Assembly (NCBI GenBank): GCA_963727455.1
Contig: CAVSGG010000006.1
Coordinates: forward strand, 135,483-199,482
Length of the DNA stretch: 64,000 nucleotides
Origin: Candidatus Krumholzibacteriota bacterium
GTDB lineage: Bacteria; Krumholzibacteriota; Krumholzibacteriia; JAJRXK01
Direction of reading: 5' to 3'
Of the stretch, positions 9,114-17,908 are shown piece after piece (within the stretch, counting starts at the first letter, position 1; each line of letters opens with the position of its first letter). The position numbers and the translations under genes were made by a program. The notes beneath the pieces were generated by a model. That model was not told where the DNA came from, searched no databases, and saw nothing but the letters and a program-made list of their open reading frames with translations.

Positions 9114-10862
9114 ATGAAACGATCATTACAGATCAAGGCCGCCCTCATCGTGGTGCTGGCGATCTGGGCTGGAATCAATCTCTGGCCCACGCTGCAACTC
9201 AGCCGCATGAGCGCCGCAAAAGAGAAGGCCCTGTCCTCCACTCCCGAAGGGCTGGCCAAGCTCGACAAGTTGCACTCCCGCGCGATCAAGCGGGGTCTCG
9301 ACCTGCAGGGCGGGATGTACCTGGTGCTCGACGTGGATCAGAGCACGGTGGAAAAGGGCACCTCCGAGGATGCGATCAAACGGACCTTGGAGATCCTTCG
9401 CAACCGCATCGACCAGTTCGGTGTCTCCGAGCCCGACGTCCGTCGCGAAGGGACTTCGAGGATCATCGTCCAGCTGCCAGGCTTGCAGGACGCCGAACGC
9501 GCGAAGCGCCTCATCGGCAAGACCGCGCGTCTGGAGTTTCGCATGGTTCGAGAAGGCGCGGACGTGACCAGCCTCTTGGCCCGTCTGGATCGTGTCTTGG
9601 CCGCGAGCGGATCGCTGCCCGATTCCGTCGAGAGCGCCCTGGACAAAGAGAGTGAACTCAGCGCCAGTGATTCCACCGCCGCCGATTCGAGCTCCACGCA
9701 AACGGCACAAGCTGCCGCCTCCGACAGCTCACAGGGCGATCTTCTGAGTGACCTGGGAGGAGCAGAGGAGGACTCGACGACCGAGGTCGGAGACTGGGAG
9801 AAGCAACATCCACTCACCTCGCTCATGGGGCCCTTCCTGAAGAACCGCGGCGCGCTCCCGGTGAGTGAGGCGAACAAGCCCCGCGTGGAGGCCCTGCTCA
9901 AGACGCCGGAGGCGCAACGCGTCATGCCGCGCGAAGTGGAATGGCTGTGGGGTAGTGAGCAGCTCACCGGCAACGACGGACGTCCGGCGTATTTGCTGTA
10001 TCTGGTGGACAAGAAGATCGAGCTCACCGGGGGTGAGGTGCGCAATGCCGGAGTATCCCCCGATCCCGACCGGCCGCCTTTGCTCATGGTCAACCTGGGC
10101 TTCAGCCGGCGCGGTGGCATCAAGTTCGCGAACGTGACCGGCGCCAACGTCGGTCGCAAGTTGGGCATCGTGCTCGACGATGTGGTGATCAGCGCGCCCA
10201 ACATTCGCCAGCGGATTCCCAACGGTTCGGCCGTGATTTCCGGTGGCTTCGAGAGCGATACGGAAGCGCGCGATCTGGCCCTGATGCTCAGAGCTGGTGC
10301 CCTTCCCGCCGACGTCAGCATCGCCGAGGAGCGCACCGTGGGACCAAGTCTGGGACGCGACTCCATCAAGCAGGGAGTGAACGCGGCCATTCTGGGCTTC
10401 ATCGTGGTCGTCCTCTTCATCATCCTCTACTACCGGATGGCGGGAGTGCTGGCCACCTTCGGTCTGTTCGTGACCTTGCTGCTGTTGATGGGACTCTTGG
10501 CACAGCTGCACCTCACGCTGACTCTTCCGGGCATCGCCGGGATCATCTTGACGGTGGGTATGGCGGTCGACGCCAACGTTCTCATCTTCGAGCGAATACG
10601 TGAAGAACTGCGCGTGGGGAAGACGGTAAGGGCTTCGATCGATGCCGGCTATGCAAATGCCACGCGTACCATCGTCGACGCCAACCTCACCACCTTCATC
10701 GCCGCGGTCGTGCTGTACTACTTCGGGACCGGCCCCATCAAGGGCTTCGCCGTCACCCTGAGCATCGGGATTCTGACCAGCATGTTCTCCGCATTGATCT
10801 TCACGCGAACGGTCTATGACTTCTGGCTGCAGGGACGCACGCCCCGCAAGCTGAGCATATAG
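9114..10862 (+). CDS. secD: Protein translocase subunit SecD
   Basis: GLDLQGG, RNRIDQFGVSEP, IIVQLPG, VGPSLG, GMAVDANVLIFERIREE, PIKGFAVTL. Confidence 0.97.
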   Translation: MKRSLQIKAALIVVLAIWAGINLWPTLQLSRMSAAKEKALSSTPEGLAKLDKLHSRAIKRGLDLQGGMYLVLDVDQSTVEKGTSEDAIKRTLEILRNRIDQFGVSEPDVRREGTSRIIVQLPGLQDAERAKRLIGKTARLEFRMVREGADVTSLLARLDRVLAASGSLPDSVESALDKESELSASDSTAADSSSTQTAQAAASDSSQGDLLSDLGGAEEDSTTEVGDWEKQHPLTSLMGPFLKNRGALPVSEANKPRVEALLKTPEAQRVMPREVEWLWGSEQLTGNDGRPAYLLYLVDKKIELTGGEVRNAGVSPDPDRPPLLMVNLGFSRRGGIKFANVTGANVGRKLGIVLDDVVISAPNIRQRIPNGSAVISGGFESDTEARDLALMLRAGALPADVSIAEERTVGPSLGRDSIKQGVNAAILGFIVVVLFIILYYRMAGVLATFGLFVTLLLLMGLLAQLHLTLTLPGIAGIILTVGMAVDANVLIFERIREELRVGKTVRASIDAGYANATRTIVDANLTTFIAAVVLYYFGTGPIKGFAVTLSIGILTSMFSALIFTRTVYDFWLQGRTPRKLSI

Positions 10863-10875
10863 GGGGACGGTCACC

Positions 10876-11808
10876 ATGCAGTTCTTGACTGACAAGCACA
10901 TCGATTTTCTGGGAAAGAAGAAGATTGCGGCCATGATCTCCCTGGCGCTCATCCTGGCGGGTGTCGTCTCGTTGATCGTCAAGCACGGACCACTGCTCTC
11001 CATCGACTTTCGGGGCGGGTCCATCGTGGAGCTGCGCATTTCGCCCGCACCGGAAGTTTCGCAAGTTCGCAGTGCGCTCGCCGATGGCGGGATCAAGGTC
11101 TCTCAGGTAACGACCTTCGGCGGACCTGAGGAAGTTCTCATCTACGTTGACAAGTTGGATGAGGCCGAAACGGTGACGGGTAAGCACCAGACGGTGCAGG
11201 GTGTCGTTGCGAAGGCGCTGCCCGATCATCAAGTAGAGTTGCGGCGCGAAGAGACGGTGGGACCGAAGATTGGTGAGGAGCTTCGAAAGGGCGCGACCAA
11301 CGCAATTTTCGTATCGCTCGTGCTCATCGTGCTCTACATCACCTTCCGCTTCGTCTTCCATTTCGGATTGGCCGCCGTGCTCACCCTGGTGCACGACGTC
11401 TTGATCACGCTGGGACTCTTCTCGCTGATGAACAAGGAGATCAGCCTCAGCATCGTGGCTGCATTTTTGACGATCATCGGGTATTCCCTGAACGACACCA
11501 TTGTCGTTTTCGACCGCATTCGCGAGAACATGCGGCTGCGGCGCAAGGAGAGCTACGAAGAGGTCGTCAACCGCAGCATCAACGAGACTCTCAGCCGCAC
11601 GATCATCACCTCGCTGACCACGGTCTTCGTGGCATTTATCCTGTACTTGATCGGTGGGGCGGTGATCCATGATTTCGCCTTCGCCCTGACGGTCGGGGTG
11701 GTCGTGGGTACCTATTCCTCGATCTACGTGGCGAGCCCGCTGGTCATCCTGTGGTACAAGTGGCGTTCTTCGGATCGAAAGCGTGGAAAGCGCGGCGCGC
11801 TGGCCTGA
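10876..11808 (+). CDS. secF: Protein translocase subunit SecF
   Basis: IDFRGG, VGPKIG, HDVLI, GYSLNDTIVVFDRIRE, TLSRTIITSLT, GTYSSIYVA. Confidence 0.97.
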   Translation: MQFLTDKHIDFLGKKKIAAMISLALILAGVVSLIVKHGPLLSIDFRGGSIVELRISPAPEVSQVRSALADGGIKVSQVTTFGGPEEVLIYVDKLDEAETVTGKHQTVQGVVAKALPDHQVELRREETVGPKIGEELRKGATNAIFVSLVLIVLYITFRFVFHFGLAAVLTLVHDVLITLGLFSLMNKEISLSIVAAFLTIIGYSLNDTIVVFDRIRENMRLRRKESYEEVVNRSINETLSRTIITSLTTVFVAFILYLIGGAVIHDFAFALTVGVVVGTYSSIYVASPLVILWYKWRSSDRKRGKRGALA

Positions 11809-11831
11809 GAAGCTGCTTTTTTGCTCTGCCG

Positions 11832-11863
11832 GGCCGTCTCGAGATCCTCGGGGCGGCCTTTTT
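11832..11863 (+). terminator. Intrinsic terminator after secF
   Basis: GGCCGTCTCGAG-ATC-CTCGGGGCGGCC hairpin followed by TTTTT. Confidence 0.8.
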
Positions 11864-11953
11864 CGCGCCCGAAAACGGGCGAGCGGTGTCCAGGATGAGG
11901 CGCAAATGCTATTCTCTAGGAGTCGCCCCGTCACATTCACCCGTGGAGGGCTC

Positions 11954-12496
11954 ATGCTTCGCTCCCTCGCACCGACATTCTTGCTCACCCTCTTGGCTCT
12001 GGGCATCCTCAGTGAGGTATCCGCCGCGCAGGACAAGGCGGCGAAAGTGACACGACACGACACGGCCAGGATCGAGAGCGTGGCCGCTCCCGGCCGGAAC
12101 TTGGCTCCCGGTCTGCGCCCTTTGGCGGTTTCCGCCGAGAGGACTTTTCTCATGCTGAGTGCTGCGTTCCGCAAAGGCGATGCGGAGAAGGCCACCGCAC
12201 TCATGGACGAGGGAGAAATCCTGTTTCAACTCGAACCTCCGCAGAGAGACGAGTCCCTGAAAAACGAGGAACCGCTCCGCAGCCATCAGCAGGTGTTCTA
12301 TCTGCTGAAGGCCTTCCTCGCACAGCATTCCATCGAAGAGTCTCGCTGTCCGTGCCCGCAGGATTTCGACGATCCTGACAACGCTCACGGCGTCCTCGAG
12401 CTAGAGTTGGACGATTCGAGTTTGCGCCGGTTCTACGTGAGACTCCGCCGGGTAGAACACGATTGGCGTGTGAGCGAATTGCGTGCTCTTCCCTGA
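11954..12496 (+). CDS. Secreted hypothetical protein, DUF4783-like
   Basis: GGAGG RBS and signal peptide. AFRKGDA...S.QQV.YLLK.FL..H...R.Y..L pattern resembles DUF4783. Extended -10 TGcTATTCT at 11907-11915. Confidence 0.6.
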   Translation: MLRSLAPTFLLTLLALGILSEVSAAQDKAAKVTRHDTARIESVAAPGRNLAPGLRPLAVSAERTFLMLSAAFRKGDAEKATALMDEGEILFQLEPPQRDESLKNEEPLRSHQQVFYLLKAFLAQHSIEESRCPCPQDFDDPDNAHGVLELELDDSSLRRFYVRLRRVEHDWRVSELRALP

Positions 12497-12527
12497 TGGA
12501 AATCAAGCGCCGCCGGATGGACTGCTA

Positions 12528-15500
12528 ATGGTGCGAAACTTTCCCCTTTGGGTCGTTCTCGCTCTGGGTGCACTGCTTCTCTCCACTACTGGCGAGGCAG
12601 TGGTTTGGCCTTCCGCCGCCCTCATCCTGACTACATGTGCGCTTCTCTCGTGGATGCGGACGAGAAAACTGGTGTCGAAAGGGACCACGCTATTCCGGCT
12701 TGCGCTGGTCGTGCTCTTGGTAGCTGCCTCACTCATGGGTTTGCGGCTGTCGAAGGTCGCGTCCCGCCAAGACGGAGTCTGGCTGCGACTCGCGCGGACC
12801 CGGCTGGATGGTGGGGCGGAGAAAGTACGTTCGTCTCTTCTGCTTCTGGAACAGAACGCCCGCCAGCGCGCTCATGAAGCGCTGCTTCCCAATGCCGATC
12901 TCGAACTCTTGTCCCGCCCCTTGCGCCTGGCCTCATCCGATTTGGAAATCGGAATCTCGCGCTGGGAGAACGGCCAAATTATCGACTGGGCAGGACAGGT
13001 TCCGGGCCCGGAGCGAGTGGCTCCCGGACCTCGACCCCTTCTCGTCGACCATGGTTTCCGGCGCTATCTGACGGTATCCGCACAGGACGACGAAGGCCGA
13101 GTCGCCTACGTGGACGTGAGTCTGGGGATCACCCGCGAGCTTTTTCCGCGCCTCGGCGTGGGCGTCGATCCGGGGCAAGTTCTCTCGGGAAAGACCGGGC
13201 TCAAGGTCAGCTTGCGGGCTGTTCGCCCCAAACCCGAGGAGATCACCGGCTCCTTGGAGCGCGTGGTCGCCGTTCCCGAGAAGGATCCCTGGGCGTGGGT
13301 CATTCTCACCGCCCCAGGCGCGCGCGAGGAGAGGCGGATGGTGCTGGAGCGCGAAGGCCGCTTGCTCGCGCTCTTGCTTCTGGCCGCGTTCCTGCTCGCG
13401 ACCACTCTGGCCTGGCGGGGTTGGAGCGGAAGACGGGTGAATCGCCGCAGCGTCGCGACCGCCGCCCTGCTCGCGCTCTTGGTCGTCATGTTCCGCTTCG
13501 GAATCGAACGAGCGCAAGTGCTGCCCCTCGCGTTCACCAGCGAGCACGGTCTCATGCACTGGCTGCTCGAGCCGGCCTATTTCGCTACCACCTGGGGCTT
13601 CGGTTTTCTGCGCAGCGTACTCGATTTCTTTCTGACCTCCATGGCGCTGGCCCTCGTACTCTTGCTTCTTTTGCCTTCCTGGCTGTATTTCCTGCGGGAA
13701 GGTGAAGCCCGGGCACGACGGTGGGCGGGAGCGATTCTCCTGCTACTCTTCAGCGGTGGCGCCATGGCCTGGGTGTTCACTCTCCAGCGAGTGGTGGCCC
13801 AGAACGCGAATCCCAAGCTCATAGGTTTGGACGCGCCCTTCTTCACCCTCCCCTTTCAAGTGCTCCACTGGGCCATGTTGCTCGCGCTCTTGGCACCCGT
13901 GGGCTTCGTATTCCTCGGATGGGAGCGCTGGCTGCGATCTCTGAGATCCCGTCAGCTCTTGGCCCTCGGCGCGGGTTTACTCCTGGGGGTGGCCGTTCTT
14001 CTCTTCGGCGGTGGCAGCTCGCGCGCCTTCTGGGCCTTCCTCTTGCCCATCGTGGCGGTCTCGGTCTCTCGCGCGATGCAGCATCCCTCGTTCTCGGTGC
14101 GTGTGGTGGCAGCCCTGGCCCTCATCCTGTGGCTGAGCGCTACTCAGGCCGAAGGACTGCGCCAGGTTTACCGGGGACTAAAGGAGAGCGTGGCCACCGA
14201 GCGGGCGCTGGACCGACTCCATCCACGCGACAACTGGCGGCGGGTGCTGGTGGAAGAACTCCTCCGTGAACTCTCGCAGAATATGGCTCAGCTGCGCCAG
14301 CTGGCCGATCCGAATCTCGATCGTAGCAACGCTGCCTTCGAGTTGTGGGCGAGCAGCAGCAGTCTGAGTGCTCTTGGCTACGGCTCACACATCGTCTTGC
14401 TCGACGCCGCGGGGAAAGTCCTCAGCGACTTCGACCTGGGGCTCCCCTACCAGGCCCAGCCGGTGGTGATGCCCACCACACGACCAACGGGCGCCGAACC
14501 TTTCGGAGTGAAGACAGTCCAGGTGCAGAGCGCCCGCGGAACCTTTCTCGTCTACCGCGGGTGGCTGGACCTGAAGTACTACATACCCAATGGTGACGCC
14601 AGCTGGCTGCGCGTGGACCTGCCCTACGGCACCACCGATCCGGCGGCGCCCATCGACTTCAAGCCGACCGGCGGTCCCAGCGCTCTGGGTTTCGCCACCG
14701 GCCGGGACCTGCTCTCTCCGCGGCAGGAATTCGAGCAGCCGGTCATCATGGGAAGAATGGGGGAGAAGACCGTGATTGCCGCCACCGACCCGGTGTTGGT
14801 CGGGTTGCCTGTGTCCTCATTGGCTCAGGACGGCTCGTGGCATCGGGTGTGGCGCAAGGGAACTCCCTACCAGGCAAAAATCGTGGGCGAGGGTGGAGAG
14901 CAGCTGGTTGTGGCATTCGCGCTGCCCACCGCCAACGAACGTCTACTCGATGCCACCCGTCTCGTGGCGCTCTATCTGGTGGCCGGTGCGCTGGGACTTA
15001 TGTGTCTGCTCTTCTTGGTAGCGCTGCGTCCGGGATCCTCGCGCTGGCCCGCATCCCTGGGACGACTGGGTTACCAGGAGCGGTTGCTGGGAGCCATGGT
15101 CGTGTTGGTGCTCTTGCCAGTAATCGTATTCGGGGTATTCCAGAGCCGACGCGCCTCCGCGAACTTGCGGCGCTCCAACATGGAGGAGGTAACGCGTCGA
15201 CTGGACACTGCTCTGCGCCTGCTCGCCAACGGATTGGACGACGCGCTGAGAATTCGCTTGGATACCGGGCCCGTCCACGACCTTTTGACCACGGGCAAGT
15301 TGGGGGAAGAGAACGAGACGGCCGGGGACGAGCGCGATCAGGTCACGGTCTTCGACCCCAGCGGAGAGATGATCTACGACGAGAGTCACCGGGAACTCGC
15401 GCCTACCCAAAAGCATCGTCTCTTGCAACTTCTGTCGGGCGCGGTCCTGGTGTTGGAGGACGATTCCACCGGCTGGTACCTGGGCCGTCTCTATCATGAA

Positions 15501-17087
15501 CCGGGAGCCGAGAGCCAAAGCTACTCTATCTATCTAAGGCGGCGAATCGAAGACGAGGACTTGGGTAGAGTGGCGCACACGGTCGGAGTCGACCTCACTC
15601 TTTTCGACGGGGCATGGGCCGTGGTCAGCAGCCGCGACGACCTCTTCAAGGCAGGCTTGATCGTGCCGGTTCTTCCCGCCGACGCGCAGCGTCTTTTGCG
15701 GCGAGGGGGAAGTCCTCGATATGTTACCACCGAGCCGGGCCAAGGTTTGGTCGTGGCGCGGGCCTACACCATCGTACCCGGGCCGGGAGAGCAACGCCGT
15801 GGAGTTCTGGCGGGGCGCCTCTTCACCCAGGCCACAGTGGCCGCCCTGGAACAGCGGCGCAGCTATCTCTTTCTCTTCGGGCTCTCCTCTTTGGCCTTTC
15901 TTTTGGCAACCGCGGCCGGTCTTTACCTGGCCGCGCGTACCGTCAATCCGATTTTGGTGCTCCTGGGAGCGACGCGCAGAGTGGGTGCGGGAGAACTCGA
16001 CGTGCGCCTACCGGAGAAGGGCGACGACGAGATCGGGGAACTCACTCATTCTTTCAATCTGATGACCCGCGATCTCGAGCAGAGCCAGCGCAGTCTGGCC
16101 GCGCGCCGGTCCTTCCTCGAAGCCATGCTGGGAGGTTTGAGCGCAGGAGTGCTCGTTCTCGACCCCGAGTTCGAAGTGGTCGAATCCAATCCAGCCGCGC
16201 GCAAGCTCGGGGAAAACGAGACTCACGAGCTTCTGACCCAACTCAAGGCGCAGGATCTCTCTCAGCAGACGAATAGCACCGAGGTCGTTCTCACCGGCGA
16301 AGAAACTCCGCGGACCTTGCGGGCTGTCATTTCGCCCATCCAGCTCGAAGCGGACAAACCCGGATGGCTGCTACTCTTCGATGATGTGACCGAGTTGCTC
16401 TCGAGCCGCCGTCTCGCGCTCTACGCGGAAATGGCGCGCCAAGTGGCGCACGAGGTAAAGAACCCCCTGACCCCCATTCAGCTCGCGGCGCAGATGGTGC
16501 GTCAGGCGTGTCACGACGAGCACCCCAGGAAAGAACAGATTGTCGACGACAGCGTCGAACAAATCGAGAGGCAGGTGCAACGCCTGCGCGAGATTGCTTC
16601 GGAATTCAGTTTGCTCGGTCGCCCCGATTTGCCCGAACTGGTGGCGGTCGAGCTCGGCGAGCTCCTCCAAGAGGTACAACTTCTCTATCCCTCGCCAGAC
16701 CGGCGCCTCGAGCTGCGCATTCACGGGGGCGAGGGGGTCCATGTGCTCGCGAACCGAGAGGCAATGCTGAAAATCCTCACGAACCTGGTGGAGAACGCCT
16801 GGCAGGCCATGGGAGGGACCGGAACGGTCGAGATCACCGCCTCGGTGGAGGGGGAAAGAGTGCAGCTGAGAGTGGTGGACGAGGGCCCCGGCATCTCTCC
16901 CGAGGCCGAGGGGCGCCTCTTCGAAGCCTATTTTTCCACCAAGAGTTACGGCACGGGTCTGGGGCTGGTCATCTGCCGGAATCTCACCGAAAAGATGGGT
17001 GGACGCATCCATCTGGCCAATCGGAGCGATCATCGCGGCGCGAGCGCGGTGGTGGAGCTGCCACGCTACCATCCCACGAATTCGTAG
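12528..17087 (+). CDS. Very large multi-TM sensor histidine kinase (NtrY-like: HAMP-PAS-HisKA-HATPase)
   Basis: Many TM helices; HAMP (DEIGELTHSFNLM), H-box MARQVAHEVKNPLTPIQL, NLVENA, DEGPGI, YFSTK, GTGLGL. Confidence 0.88.
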   Translation: MVRNFPLWVVLALGALLLSTTGEAVVWPSAALILTTCALLSWMRTRKLVSKGTTLFRLALVVLLVAASLMGLRLSKVASRQDGVWLRLARTRLDGGAEKVRSSLLLLEQNARQRAHEALLPNADLELLSRPLRLASSDLEIGISRWENGQIIDWAGQVPGPERVAPGPRPLLVDHGFRRYLTVSAQDDEGRVAYVDVSLGITRELFPRLGVGVDPGQVLSGKTGLKVSLRAVRPKPEEITGSLERVVAVPEKDPWAWVILTAPGAREERRMVLEREGRLLALLLLAAFLLATTLAWRGWSGRRVNRRSVATAALLALLVVMFRFGIERAQVLPLAFTSEHGLMHWLLEPAYFATTWGFGFLRSVLDFFLTSMALALVLLLLLPSWLYFLREGEARARRWAGAILLLLFSGGAMAWVFTLQRVVAQNANPKLIGLDAPFFTLPFQVLHWAMLLALLAPVGFVFLGWERWLRSLRSRQLLALGAGLLLGVAVLLFGGGSSRAFWAFLLPIVAVSVSRAMQHPSFSVRVVAALALILWLSATQAEGLRQVYRGLKESVATERALDRLHPRDNWRRVLVEELLRELSQNMAQLRQLADPNLDRSNAAFELWASSSSLSALGYGSHIVLLDAAGKVLSDFDLGLPYQAQPVVMPTTRPTGAEPFGVKTVQVQSARGTFLVYRGWLDLKYYIPNGDASWLRVDLPYGTTDPAAPIDFKPTGGPSALGFATGRDLLSPRQEFEQPVIMGRMGEKTVIAATDPVLVGLPVSSLAQDGSWHRVWRKGTPYQAKIVGEGGEQLVVAFALPTANERLLDATRLVALYLVAGALGLMCLLFLVALRPGSSRWPASLGRLGYQERLLGAMVVLVLLPVIVFGVFQSRRASANLRRSNMEEVTRRLDTALRLLANGLDDALRIRLDTGPVHDLLTTGKLGEENETAGDERDQVTVFDPSGEMIYDESHRELAPTQKHRLLQLLSGAVLVLEDDSTGWYLGRLYHEPGAESQSYSIYLRRRIEDEDLGRVAHTVGVDLTLFDGAWAVVSSRDDLFKAGLIVPVLPADAQRLLRRGGSPRYVTTEPGQGLVVARAYTIVPGPGEQRRGVLAGRLFTQATVAALEQRRSYLFLFGLSSLAFLLATAAGLYLAARTVNPILVLLGATRRVGAGELDVRLPEKGDDEIGELTHSFNLMTRDLEQSQRSLAARRSFLEAMLGGLSAGVLVLDPEFEVVESNPAARKLGENETHELLTQLKAQDLSQQTNSTEVVLTGEETPRTLRAVISPIQLEADKPGWLLLFDDVTELLSSRRLALYAEMARQVAHEVKNPLTPIQLAAQMVRQACHDEHPRKEQIVDDSVEQIERQVQRLREIASEFSLLGRPDLPELVAVELGELLQEVQLLYPSPDRRLELRIHGGEGVHVLANREAMLKILTNLVENAWQAMGGTGTVEITASVEGERVQLRVVDEGPGISPEAEGRLFEAYFSTKSYGTGLGLVICRNLTEKMGGRIHLANRSDHRGASAVVELPRYHPTNS

Positions 17088-17188
17088 GGGTTGGCCGGAA
17101 CAGGCGGTCCTTCGTAAGGGTATGGAGAGGGGATGTCCCCTCACATCGACCCAAATCCCCTGAGTTCGGCGCCCCCCGGGAGTCCACG

Positions 17189-17902
17189 ATGTCTCGAATC
17201 TCCGCTTCGCGAGCGCTCTTTTTGCCGGCGATCGCCTGCCTGCTCGGGCTGCTCTTGGCCTCCACCCGGGCCGAAGCCAGTAGCGATCCCTCGGCCCCGG
17301 AGCATCTGGGAGAGTTTACCGTGGCGCGCCTGCACTACACCGGGGGAGGAGATTGGTACTCCGATCCCAGTTCGCTGCCGAATCTGCTGGAGCAACTGCA
17401 GCTGCGCACGGGTCTGCCGACAGCCCGCGAGGACGTGGCAGTCACCCTGGATGACGAGCGGCTCTACTCGCATCCTTTCCTCTACGCCACCGGCCACGGC
17501 ACCATCGCGCTCTCCCCACAGGACCTCGCCCGTCTCCGCCGCTATCTGGATGCGGGAGGTTTTTGGTGGGTCGACGACAACTACGGTTTCGATCGCTCTT
17601 TTCGCCGGACGGTGTCTCAGCTCTATCCTGACGACGAGCTGGTGCCTTTGAGCAGCAACCATCCTATCTATCGCGCCTATTACTCACTGCCTGGTTTGCC
17701 GAAGATCCACTATCACGACGGCGATCCGGCACAGGGCTTCGGCCTCTTTCGCAACGGGAGAATGGTGATCTTCTACAGCTGGAGCAGCGACATCGGAGAT
17801 GGTCTGGAAGATCCCAGCGTGCATGGAGATCCCGCGAACCTGCGCGAAGCCGCGATGAAGATGGCCATCAACGTCTGCATCTACGCCTTGACCCAGCCCT
17901 AG
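17189..17902 (+). CDS. DUF4159 domain-containing exported protein
   Basis: Signal peptide; ARLHY.GGGDWY.DP, PFLYATGHG, LRRYLDAGGF...DDNYG, HPIY, D.GDG.ED, MAINV..YAL. Confidence 0.85.
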   Translation: MSRISASRALFLPAIACLLGLLLASTRAEASSDPSAPEHLGEFTVARLHYTGGGDWYSDPSSLPNLLEQLQLRTGLPTAREDVAVTLDDERLYSHPFLYATGHGTIALSPQDLARLRRYLDAGGFWWVDDNYGFDRSFRRTVSQLYPDDELVPLSSNHPIYRAYYSLPGLPKIHYHDGDPAQGFGLFRNGRMVIFYSWSSDIGDGLEDPSVHGDPANLREAAMKMAINVCIYALTQP

Positions 17903-17908
17903 GAGCGC

